NCBI GenBank assembly: GCA_030704615.1
Contig: CM060732.1
Coordinates: 29,450,001-29,514,000 of the forward strand
DNA from: Takakia lepidozioides
Taxonomy: Eukaryota; Plantae; Bryophyta
Length of the DNA stretch: 64,000 nucleotides
Reading direction: 5' to 3'
The position numbers were made by a program, and so were the translations under genes. This document shows, piece after piece, positions 10,110 to 21,850 of the stretch. Within the stretch, counting starts at the first letter, position 1, and the number at the start of each line of letters is the position of its first letter. Under the pieces are notes generated by a model that saw nothing but the letters and a program-made list of their open reading frames with translations, was not told the DNA's origin and did no database searches.

Positions 10110-13100
10110 TCACTGGTCCCCTGGATCCATATTCAGAAGAGTGTCAACCTCCTGGGGGCTCAACCCTGGTGCATGTATGAAGTGATGAGTTGTGAATTAC
10201 AACGGAGTCTCTTTAGGTACACGTAGTACAAATGCTTGCAAGGGCAGTATGATGCCCCCTTGTTCGCCATGATCTGGAAGTCGGTGCAATTGCAGGTGGG
10301 TAATTCTGAAATGGTGATGGTGTACACCTCATTGCGAATAGCTGAGCCCGCCGTGGCCATCTGATACACACGCCCGAATCCTGGTGGGGCACTTCTGTCG
10401 AGCTCTGGATTGTACAGTTCATCCGAAGTGCATTCCCCATCCTTGTCTCGTTCACTTTTGAGGGAGGTCGCCGCCTCTTTGGTTTCCCCCAACGGTGTGT
10501 AGGATGCTTAGAGCTGTCGTGTCCCATTGTTCTTGCTCTCACAGGGGTTGGTGGTGGAGGCTGTGGAAGCGGAAATGGTTCTCTGGGGACGTCAGTGCGC
10601 TGCACCATCCGAAATCCTGCGGCGGTAAGGGCGTTGGCCTCAACCTGACTCAGATCGCAGCCTGGTTCCACCGGCCACACCGGGGAGCCTCTGGCATTGT
10701 TTGTATGCCGTACTTGGGCTTTCCATACACGCAAGTCATAATGTCGTGCCTGCAGAACCAGAACTGGGTGGTTGTCGCCTCCGCAAACTTTGCATGGACA
10801 AATCTTCCTGTAAAAGTAGGAGCAGGGACAGCCCCATCTGGATTCCTCCTTATCATCTTTAAACAACGTTGCCGTGTATCCACACGAATTGCGGAACACC
10901 TTCCTCGAAACGACGGCTTTGTGCGAGCAATTCTCCACTGTGAGGCAGACACAGTCGTCTCCACAATGGCTTGGCCATACTGCATAACAGCGGGCGGAAT
11001 CTGGGGCAAGGGAGCGGTGGGAATTTTTTGCACGAAATCCCCGGTTGAAGGCGACGGCGATCTGGAATTTCTTGGGCTTCCACTGCTGGAAGACACATTG
11101 TGCGGCAACATGACGGGACCTCGAGGTGCTGTCCGAATGTTCCTGTCGGATCTCCAGGAATCCTCTTCGCACCCGGGTTCCTCTTCAATCCTCCGCCTGA
11201 CAGGGCGAGTCCGGACGTCCCCCTCTAGGTGTTCACCTCTGCGGTGCAGAGGCGTCCCTTTGATCTTCTCTCGCAATGCTGTCGCCCATTTCACTGGATT
11301 CTTGGACCTCGAAGCTATTCGTACCAACAATTCCTCCCTGTCCGGCCCAAAGCCCCATTGTTTGCTGCTCAGGAACTTGTAGTACGTGGCTTGCTGCATG
11401 ATTGCTCTGTCGATGTCCTCCGTTGTGGCCGTCACTACGTCCACCAGATGTGCGGCAGAAGACGCTCGCCAGGAGGAGTGGACCGATTCTGCCATATTCG
11501 TGTTCGGCATGTCCGTGTTGGAATCCAAGCACCGCTCCTAGAAGGACACAAACAATGGTGAGGGACCAATCGAAATGTCCGTAACAGAAAGACAATGAAC
11601 GAAATTGACAGCAGCCTACCTCCCGCATGTACTGTCCGAACTGTCGATACCGAAAATGCCACCACCCCAACCAGCTGTGCAATGCTCCCAGATTGGTTGT
11701 CTCCACTGCACCTGACGTGTTCCACCAAGCCTCGATGATAGCAAACTTAACCTCCGCGTCATCAAATGTGGGTGCATCCTTCCACGCCGTACAAAGGACA
11801 CGGTGTTCAGCCTGGAATGAGCTAGCAACAAATTTGGTAGTGTAGTGGGATAGACTCTGCATCCAATGGAATCCACAGGATCTCTCTTTCCCTCCATTGG
11901 AACATTGGGGTCCTCACCGTACATACGCCGCACCGCTGCCCAGTTGGCCTGAGCGTTGTCTGCCATGAATCCCCTGAAATTGGGCTCTGGCAATCCCGCC
12001 CTTGCCATCTGCTCGTTTATGCTCTCCCACAGATGCATCTCGGACTGTGTGTCCTCCCCTTTCATCTCGCAGATTGCAATCGTCATGAGCCTCTTGGAGT
12101 GATAGTCATAAACATGCGCACCCATAGTCACCCACTGATGGTTTGTAATTCGCTTGATGTGATCAAACATCACCCCGCATTCGACACGTTTCCGATTGTC
12201 ATGCGAGTGACCAAGTCGACTCCACTCCCAGGCCCACACGTCGACATTTTGAAAATGTAACAACGATCGGATTCGCTGCCTTGCCCTGGAAACCTGCTAC
12301 CTTGGATTAGTCATATCCAGTCATTCGTTTCACCTCCAGGATTGAGTACATGTCCGACCCCTGCCGAACTCCTGCTTGCAAGATACGATGTGATTCCGCA
12401 CATTCGGACTACAAACGTGCGAGACGGACTCCAAGAGGTCACGCATCTCGTCTTCGGTCAAGGGCTCTCGGTCGGAACCATCTTCAGACATGATTTTGCG
12501 AAGAGCAATCTTGTGGGCTGCCTTCAGCTGAATCTGCTTTGGTCTGGCTCCGGGGCTCAATTTCACCTCCTCTTTTATGATGTCGTGTGCTTCCTGCACA
12601 GCCTCACGCATGTTGCCTCTCGCCAAGGGGTGGCAGTGGACCCCAACGTGTATGCAAGCTCTAGTCAAGTCCGGGAGCAAATGGATTACGTAATATTGCT
12701 TGGCTCTGCACATGGACATGCACGTCGGTGGTTCTTTGCAATGTGCACACTTGAAAGAACCCGCAGGAGCTTGGCTGGAGACAATGAATGGATGATGCAT
12801 TGTGCCAGTCCAATCCGTCTCGTTTCTCCGCCCTCCTTTGGAGAGAAAGTGGAAGCAGGTGGGATTGAGGCACCTCAGCTTCCCCGCACAGAGGACATAT
12901 CGTACACGAACACCATCAGCAATTTTCGTGCTACTGGTCTTCGTCACACACCAGGGGTGTCCGTCATGCTTTCGATCCATGTCTGTTAACATCCCGGAGG
13001 CTTTGTTTGACGAAGAAACAGGTGGAAACTCGAAGATGACATTGCCATCGACTTTGGGAGGCAGAAACGTTACCTTTCTGACTGGGAATTTGGCATAGTC

Positions 13101-13497
13101 GAGAGCAGCCAGCTCGGAGCGAGAACCATCGAGGTGATGTTGTCGTAGAGCTGCACAATGGACCGGGTTGGAGTTATGCTCGATGGCACATGGTAGCACC
13201 ACAGAGGACGTCCATGCCGGATTTGAACGACCGTGTGGAGGACATGGGTACCTCAATGCAATCATCTTCCTCGTCGGAAATGTCGAATACGTCCACACGA
13301 GAAGCTATGGAGGGTCTTGACGGTCCAGGTCGGGAATGATTATCGTTGCATACCTCTCTGTTGGCAGTGGCCGCCTCTCGGTTTCCGGACTCCTTTGTGG
13401 ATGGTGTGGCAGCGACTGATTCGGAAAGGGAATGGGCATTCCCACAGCTCGATCCAGGATGGTGTCTGACGGGGGAACGTGCCATTCGATTCCGCAA
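10110..13497 (-). CDS. Mutator-like (MULE) DDE transposase with GCM-like DNA-binding domain and C-terminal SWIM finger (frameshifted in this assembly; start approximate)
   Basis: D1 VMFDH, D2 FMADNAQA, CxxH (SCGFHW, read in frame in copies C/D), E in NTNMAESVH, rejoined across an 82-bp GT-AG intron at 11538-11619. N-terminal CAGKLRCLNPTC...CAHC...C...GVHCHP. C-terminal SWIM. Confidence 0.85.
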
Positions 13498-14099
13498 CCT
13501 CCGTCGTTACCTAGCACGACAATGGTCTCGTCACCTGTCCAGGAACATCCTTCCTTTCTTCTTCCAAATAAACTGTGCCCGGTTTGAGCTTGAATTTGGA
13601 ACAAAGGTAAGTTTCAGTCACTCTGCAAAGTCCTCCTCGTTTGGGATCCAGGCTCTCCAAGTTGCAGAGGACAACAAACTATAGCGTAGGAATTCGGAGC
13701 CATCGAACACCGCACGGAGTTGGCAAGTGCGAGTTTTCAGTATAGCGACAGACCAAGGCTAACAGGCACCATGCGAGTCCATCGACGATTGGAAGTTGCA
13801 CATTGAAGTGGAAAGTATTGTTTCAAGCTACAATGCATGAAGGTGGGAGGTTTGATTCCATAGCCAGTAAGTATGACAATGATGGCCGATTCGGGGACGA
13901 AATAACATCTCCTGACAGTTTCTCCTGAGGGTGGATCCAGCAGTATTCTCGGTGCAGACAGAACGTTCGCACTGACAAGTGCCAGGACTGTTAGTTAAAA
14001 CGGTCAGACAACCAAGTTGTGCTCATCAAGACTGGCCGCAATGTTGTTTCGGAACAATGCAACCCATTGAGGTTCCAGATTTCCCGTCCCGAGTGATTC

Positions 14100-15610
14100 T
14101 TCGATTGTTGGTGGACGGAAATACGGCGCCGCATTTCCGTATTGCTTCTTGGTCATGCACCACAAGAGCGACGGAAATGAATGCGGCACGGAGTTTCCGT
14201 CCGGGGAAACCTTTATACTCGCTCCAGAACGGAAATGCGGTAACGCATTTCCATCCAGCAAGCACAAAATGTGGGGGAACGAAATGCCGTTACCACCCGC
14301 ATTTCCATCCGAGTCGCACTTTTTCCGACTTCCGAACGGAAAATGCGGCGCCGCATTTCCATTTTGTATCTGATGCATGGAGCTGAGGGATAGAAAATGC
14401 CGCAGCACATTTCCGTCCTAAAAGACATTCATACTCTCCATAACGGAAATGTGGTCACCCGGCATTTTCCGTTCTGAATTGAGAATTATGACAACGGAAC
14501 GAAATTCGGCAAAACCGCATTTCTGTCGGAGTCGCACTTTCCGACATTCCAGAACGGAAAATGCGGCGCCGCCTTTCCATTTTGTATCTGATTCATGGAG
14601 CCCGAGTGCGATTGCCGCCGCTTTGATCATTCATACTATCCATAACGTAAATGCGTACCACATTTCCGTTCTGACTGAAAAATCGTGAACCATCGGACTG
14701 AAATGCGGGCAACGCATTTTCCATTCGAGTCGCCCTCCCAACATTCCGAACGGAAATGCGCACCGCATTTCCGTTCTGATGAAAATATCCTGAAACATCG
14801 GAACTGAAATGCGTACCGCATTTCCGTCGGAGTCGCACCTTCCGACATTCCAAAACGGAATGCGGCGCCGCATTTCCGTTTTGTATGTGAGGCATGGAGC
14901 TGTGGAACGAAAATGCGGCACAAGCATTTCCGCCAGCGTCAGACGTTAATACTCTACAGAACGGAAATGCGGTTACCGCATTTCCGTCTGACTGAAATCG
15001 TGCGCAACGGGACCGAAAATGCGGCACCGCATTTCCGTCCGAGTCGCACCTTCCGACATTCTAGAACGGAAATGCGGCGCCGCATTTCCGTTTTGTATAT
15101 GGGGCCTGGAGCTGTGGTACGGAAATGTGGTGCCGCATTTCCATCCATGTGAGACCTTCAAACTTTCCAGACCGGAAATGCGGCACCGCATTTCTGTCCA
15201 GGTGAGACTCTATACTTTCCCGAACGGAAATGTGGCACGGCATTTCCGTTCATCAACTAACGTATGTGAAGGGGGAACGGAAATGCGGGTACCGCATTTC
15301 CGTTCAGATTGAAAATCATGAACCGGGGAACTGAAATGTTGTGCCTCATTTCCGTCCGAATCGCACCTTCGACATTCCAGAACGGAAATGCGGCGCCGCA
15401 TTTCCCTTTGTATCTCATACATGGAGCGTGGGACGGAAATGCGGCACCGTATTTCCGTTCAACAACTAAGGTATGTGAAGGTGGAACGGAAATGCGTGCC
15501 GCATTTTCTTCCAACAAGTACGGATGTGTAGCTTCGTGATGGTACTTAACGGAAATGCGGCGCCGCATTCGCATTTCACCAACTCATCAGACGCTGGGAC
15601 GGAAATGCCT
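14100..15610. repeat. Central array of 22-bp palindromes at 52-53 bp spacing, between the divergent genes (copy B)
   Basis: Repeat starts at 14963, 15015, 15068, 15121, 15174, 15226, 15279. A few spacer types recur. Confidence 0.95.
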
Positions 15611-16006
15611 TGAAATGTGAACACGTGGAGCAACGGAATTGCTGCACATGTCGGCACTCTATCTGACTGAAGGGGCATGAGGCGGCGCGGCCTGACCGTT
15701 GGATAATGATGTTTGTTTTTCGGACGGCAGGCGTACCCTGAACGATTCGAATTTCGTTAATGACGCAAACTCCACGAGGAGACACTTTCGTCCAACCCTT
15801 TCGAACCCAAGTGGTGCATCACCGCCGTTTCATCTACTTTTGTCGTGTCTCCTCAGTCACCCCTCTCGCGCCCTTTCCATCTGCACTCTTTGCCCCTTTT
15901 TCCCTCTCTCTGTTCTTCTTATGCTCGAACCTGAGAGGGGGGAGTTCGTGCACCAGAGGAGGAGCCTCGTCGCAAGCTCCGGAAATTATACTTCGGACGT
16001 AGGCCA

Positions 16007-19000
16007 ATGCCGAAGGGGAGGAAGCAGATGCGTCTACAGGAGGAGATTGCCATCTCCGAGCAGCAGGCCACTCAGGCAACCCGCCACAGTGAGAAGCTCC
16101 ATGCGATCGGCTGCGCGCAGCTGATCGAGCACCGAACCCCCATTTTGCTTCTGTAATTCTTAGACTGAATGCTAGGAGACTTGAATGCAGAACATGTTTG
16201 CATGCCTAACAGGAAAGGTGGACGTGCTGGAGGGATCGCAGGAATCCGAAGAAGAGCGCAGGAAGAGTCCGAGGAGCTAGCTGCCAGCACGTACGTACAC
16301 CCACCGATCCCGAGCGCGGTATTCCTGCCGGGCCTAGCCCTGTGCGATTCAAGACGCGGCTTCGAAGGGCAAGTTCAAAGCCCAGAGATCGACTCGCGTT
16401 CTTCGGTCATGGAGAATCGCCAGCAGGGGTCGGGCCTTCTCCAGCAAAGTCGAAGAAGAAGCAGCCCGTCCCTCTACTGGCTTCTGAACCGGCTCAGGGC
16501 CGGATTCCCACCCAACGCGAATGAAGCAGCAGGGTAGAAGACAGATTCAATTGCAGCAGACACCTTCACCTGCAAGGATGAGGAAGCAGAAGGCAATCAG
16601 GCGACGGCCGAACAATCTCCCGCAAAACCGACTTCCACGAGCTGAAGCTCAGTTCCGAGGATTTCCGCCTGCAGATGTTGGGGCGACTCTGCTGCAGCGA
16701 AGGCAATGGGATCGACCGTTTGATCTCGATTTGGGTACCGGAGGAGGGTGCTTGCCGCTTCAACGTTCGCAGCAAAGACCTCACCACTGATGAGCAAGCA
16801 GGCCCGGGGAGGCCTCTGCAATGGCAGAATTGCCCGCAGACAGGCCCCAGAGTGCAGCCCAGTTGAGGATGCTCCAGCTGCTCAGCCACTACCGGCACCT
16901 ACAGACATGTCTCCGGAGGATTTCAAAAGTGCAGCGGATAAAATGTTGGAGGAGACACACAGTAGCATTGGCAGAGTTCTGGGCAGCAAGGGTATTCCAG
17001 CGGACTCTTCGAATCCACTCTGTCGCATGGTCTCCCTTCCCATCGTCAGGCAGGCCCTTCCCGGAGATGTGGATAAGCTCAAGTTCGCATTTCGAGAAGG
17101 GTAACGTCTGGGATCGGCGCGTTACGTTTACTTGAGAATGAGGACGGCGAAACTCGTGGACACTGCCATGAATTGTTAACGTGGGATACCCACTGGCACC
17201 ACTCGCAACAGACGAATTCGAGGCGACGCTGAAGGGTGATCCAGGACTTTGGCCATATGTCGGGTAAAATGTTCTTTGTGTGGGACGGGAATCACCGACT
17301 TCAGCCTGGTGGGAGTACATCAAGCAGAACCATGCAAGCACTTGGCTGGCATTACATGGTGGAGTGTGTCATCCTGAAGGTGAAGGCGGCAGAAGACTCC
17401 CCTGCTCAGAATGCCATGGCGGACCTCAACTCGTAAGATACTCATACCCTCCCTAGCACGTTCGAAATGCGGTGCCGCATTTCGGTTTCCATTCTGGTTT
17501 GTTTCCGTGCTTCCGTGTATTGAACTGGAGAGTGTGCCTTGCAGGGTCACAAAGAATGCGTACGTGCATACCCACATGGCACATATGCTGTACAGGGTGA
17601 GGAAAACTGGTCTCACTGATCCGCAGATGTTTGCGGAAATGCTGGAGCCCGAGCTCATTCAGAAAGCCGTTGCAAAAACAGACCGGACATGGTATCGTCT
17701 CACTATGGATGGAATGGTGGAGGTGATATACGAAGTAAGTCGTCCTCCAATTTCCCTCTGCTCATCCTTCCCCAATTTCCAGTAATGCTTTCCACATGAA
17801 TCGAATGTAACGCTTCTGCATGTTTTTGTTGGCAGTCAAACATCAAGCTGGATTTGGCCCATGCCAAACGCTTCTTCATGGAAAGTGAGGGGCAGGTCAA
17901 AACGTTGCAGTCATTGACTGAGCACTTGAAGGAAGCCGGTGTCAAGTCCAGAACCAAATACAAGTCAAAGCTTGTGAAGCTGGTGGCAATTGCAGATCCG
18001 ACACTTGGAAAGGACTTCATCCCCGAGATTGCAAAACACTATTCTCGGGCCATGCAGCCGACCATGCAATTGGAGAAACTGCATCACCTCTCAACGGCAT
18101 GTGTGGAGGCGAAAGAGAAGGTGAGGTTTCAATGCACTGAAGTTCCTTCCTAGCAATAGCCACTCTCTTCCAGCTCCTGACATTGGATCGGAAATGGCAG
18201 ACACGGTGGCTGTCGATCTGGAATGCATCCGAGAGCATAAGGACAATGTGGTCTTTTCCACTCGAAGTTTCCGACCCTGCAGTGGATGTGTGGCTCAACC
18301 GGTATGACTTGGTGGTTCCAGGTAATTCAAGGTACTTCCCCAGATTTGCTTTTCTGAAATGAATCCCTGAACTGCTACGTGACAATGCATTTGGGAATCG
18401 CAGGTAATGTCGAATGCGAAGGAGCAAGTCGTAATGCACACAAATTCGTTCGGCTTGTACGTCAAATGGGATGGAACACAGACATAGGAAGACTACGTGA
18501 CACGTTTCAGATGTGCGTACAAGGACAACCTTTTCGCCAGAGAGCTACAGACAGCAAGAAGGAGCGTGGAGTTTACACATCAGGAGGGAGCGGGGAAAGC
18601 TGCAATGCGAATTGTTTACAGGTGAAGCACAGCTGCCCTTGTATGCGAAGCCTGGTTACGAGGTTTGTCTCGGAAATGCGGCACCGCATTCGCATTTTAA
18701 GTTTTCGGTGGCACTTTGCGAGTAGGTTGGTCTCAACTTTTGCTCACGCATGCTGACTGCCTTGCAGGTATATGAAATACGTGCTCCTTCAGACAGGGCC
18801 CTGGCTCAAGAGCCCCCGTTCTTCATGGCTTGGACCGTGGCGGGCCCAAGCTGTGTCTACACACCCGAGATGCAGAAACAATGGCATCCCGCGCATCTCG
18901 TTGGATGCCCGTGGTACCTAGACATGTCTGGCGATATTGTTGACGAGTCTGAGAAAGATCTGCACGCCTTGGCAGAAGAGAAGAGAAAGGAAAGACGTGT

Positions 19001-21116
19001 CCCTGCTGGGCCAAAGTCGGCAAAGGAATCTGCTGCTCTAGAAGAATCCAGAAAGGCAGCTGAGTTGGCACAAAAGATGTTGGATGTAGCTGTGCAGGCC
19101 CAACAGAAGGGGTCGAAGAAGAGGACTCGCCAGCAAGGAGCAGCTGTTGTGACACCCGCCAAAACGAAGAAGCAGAAACAGCCTGTTCAGGAAGAGGGTG
19201 AGGAAGGGACTCCGATGGAGACTTTGCAACCAGCCCACCCCCCAAACGCAGGCTGCCTCCCCTGTGCCCACCGTTGTCACAGAGGCACGAGAACTGGCTC
19301 GGCAAAGAAGGCACTCTTCAACCCCCCAGGGGGGCACCCTTTCGAGCCGGTGGAAATGAAGAGGCCGAAAGTGGCTCCCGAAACTGTAGTCCAGTGTGTA
19401 AATGAGAGTTTCTTGGCGGCTTTGGATGGACGGGCAGCCAAGTTGGCATACCTGAAGACCATGGAGGGTCTGAAGGGCAGAGCACTGAAGAAGGCGACTG
19501 CCGAAGAGCCTTCCGACACCCCAGGATTTCAGAATATGGTCTCGTTCTTTGAGAGGGTGTGTGCAGACAAGGATTGTAGGAGGGGCGGAAATGCCACCGA
19601 GTGGTCTTGCGATATGATCATCTTGGATATTCCGGACGGAGAGCCTGTGGAAGGACTGCAAGCTTTGCCATCTTGGAACAGGTACTCGGAGGACTTTTGG
19701 AAGAAAGGATTCGGCTTGCCCGCATGGTGTTGGACGACAGAGGCTGTGTGGTTGTCCTGGCGAGCAGAGGAAAAAACACTTAGACAGGAATTGCGAAGTG
19801 GACCCGCAAGAGCGCCGTCCCGATTCTGAAAAAGAAGTGGACGTGCATCAACACACTGGGCCTTCGGTCGGAAGGGAAGAAGGTGATTACGACACTGGCT
19901 CGTCCATTCATTTGCTTGGGTGTTTTCAAATGCGGTGCCGCATTCGGTTTCTAATCGTTTTCCCCCTGTGTATGCAGACGAAGCAGTTCGATGCATACTG
20001 CTTTGTGAAGGAGAACTCCACCTTTGCTTTCCGGAAGGAGGGATGAAAGGTTGACCCGAACTGCGACCCCCTTGATTACGACGTTCTGTTCAACAACGTT
20101 CCCAAGGAACTTCTCCCTCATAGCCTCACTTCAACGGAACCCATACGGTACTCACGGACTCGGAGCCCTGCCTTCATTCAGACAATTATGGAGACATGCA
20201 CAGACGTGGAGGGCACAGTGCTCGACCTCATCTGTGGGACAGGTATGTAGAATCTTGATCTATGCTGTTCTGCAAATTCTCGTTAGGATGTAGTTCGCAA
20301 CATCTGAAGCGCCATGTGGTAATGTGTGGATGGCATTGTAACAGGTGCCTCAATGTGGGCTGGGGCGTTTTCCGACCGGCACCTCTTTGCCTACGAGGAG
20401 AGGATTCATTCGTGTGGGGATCCCATCTGGAAGGGCTGCAACGGAATGTTAAGGCTCCCGACAGAGCGGAAGTCTCCTCGGATTCGTCGGAGTCCGAGGA
20501 AGACACAGTGGACATTGATGCGGAGGAGAACCCGGAATACGAGTGAGTGCAAACATTGTAAGTTTGCAAAGCCTTCTGGGTCATTTTTGTCAAACGAATT
20601 TCCGGACTGTGGTTCTCATTAGTCTCGTTGATGATTGTCATGTGCAGGATTGCAGGGTCCGGGTCGAAACATGTAGGGCCTACACTTCCTGCCAGGAAGA
20701 ATGTCCCATTCTTTGCGAGGGCCGACTTGATGACGAGCCCGGTGACGGACTACTCCCTTCCTAGTTATGCAGCTAAACTCGCAAATACAGCGATTAGAAG
20801 AAGTGAGAATCCCAGTAAAGTAGAGCAGATTTTGGAGAGGGCTAGGGAGGACAGAAGGATAAGGAAAGAGTTGGCAGCAGCTCAGACAGGTAGACGGGTA
20901 CGAAAGTACATATGTGATTCAGCGGATGAGAGCGACGCAGACAGGGAGGAAGACGACCCAACGGAGGTGAGATGGACAGTTCCGCAAGGGGAAGATGGGA
21001 TTTTTGAAAGCCTGGCCAACGAGCAGTCCGCTGGAGATGAGAAAGACACTGAGGGGGTGGAGGCGGAGCAGGACAGTCTAGAACAGGATGAGGATTCGGA
21101 TGATTTTCAAGATTAA
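16007..21116 (+). CDS. Multi-exon ParB/Srx-like + beta-class N4C/N6A DNA methyltransferase-like protein (copy B; indels present; start approximate)
   Basis: VWDGNHR (~17278-17298). SCDMIILDIPDG (~19605-19640) is motif IV-like. RSPAFIQTIMETCTDVEGTVLDLICGT|GASMWAG..SDRHLFAYEE spans intron 20243-20344 and matches motifs X-I-II. Acidic C-terminal tail ending DDFQD*. Confidence 0.75.
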
Positions 21117-21249
21117 TAGAATTTTAATGAAGTCTCTGTAAATGTAAATTCTCTTCCAGAGTATATAAAGGAAATTCTGCCCGATATTCGTGACCCCTCT
21201 CCAGTGTGCATTCCAGCCACACAATCGCCCAAACCACGACGCTCCCAAA

Positions 21250-21850
21250 ATCAGAAATGGGGCACCGCATTTCCAAAATTTTGGCAACTCTAAGAACCTC
21301 TTTTGGAAATGCGGCACCGCATTTCCAAGACATGGGAGGGACTAAATTTTCCATTTCAATGTTGGCATAGTAAAAAGTAATCGGCCGATTGGAAATGCGG
21401 TGCCGCATTTCCAAAATTTCCTTTGTCCACACGCCAGTTTTGGCCTCTCCCGCTCATTGCATGGATGCCACCACGCTTACAGAGGTCGAACAAGGAGGTC
21501 GAACAAGGAGGTCGAGATGGCGGAATTGGAAATGCGGTGCCGCATTTCCATATTGGGGATGGTCGTTGTTCGAACTGCAGGCCCATCAGCAAAAATTGGC
21601 ACCGCATTCCATTGTAAAAAAAAAGTCGATGACGGACATGGAAATGCGGCGCCGCATTTCCAGAACGGACATCGCAATTTGTCCATTTGCAGACCCTCTC
21701 ACGGAAATGCGGTAACGCATTCCATCGCGCTGGTCGGAAATGTCACACTTTTCGAAATGTTGGACGGAAATGCGGCTTCGCATTCCCTTGTCCAAAAAGA
21801 AGTTTCCATTGCCAAGCTGGATATGCGTCGCCGCATTTGCAATGCCAACC
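21250..21850. repeat. Downstream palindrome cluster (copy B)
   Basis: Multiple GGAAATGCGGYRCCGCATTTCC copies. Confidence 0.9.

Noticed and set aside
10495-11382. Long antisense ORFs over the transposase and MTase exons (also 2584-3567, 23318-23995, 57523-58954)
   Set aside because: They are shadows of GC-rich coding sequence and carry no motifs.
14100-15610. GGYRCC (BanI-type) core as a restriction-modification target
   Set aside because: The YR variants are more simply explained by CpG deamination, and no restriction nuclease gene is evident.
13979-15678. Many short ORFs rich in MRHRIS / KCGAAF / GNAAPHF (also 5051-5787, 21078-21908, 26335-28290, 54827-56157, 62964-63998)
   Set aside because: These are six-frame translations of the palindrome repeat, not proteins.
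16007-21116. Bacterial or phage contamination as the source of the ParB-methylase
   Set aside because: The gene has multiple conserved GT-AG introns and is embedded in a MULE among plant LTR elements.
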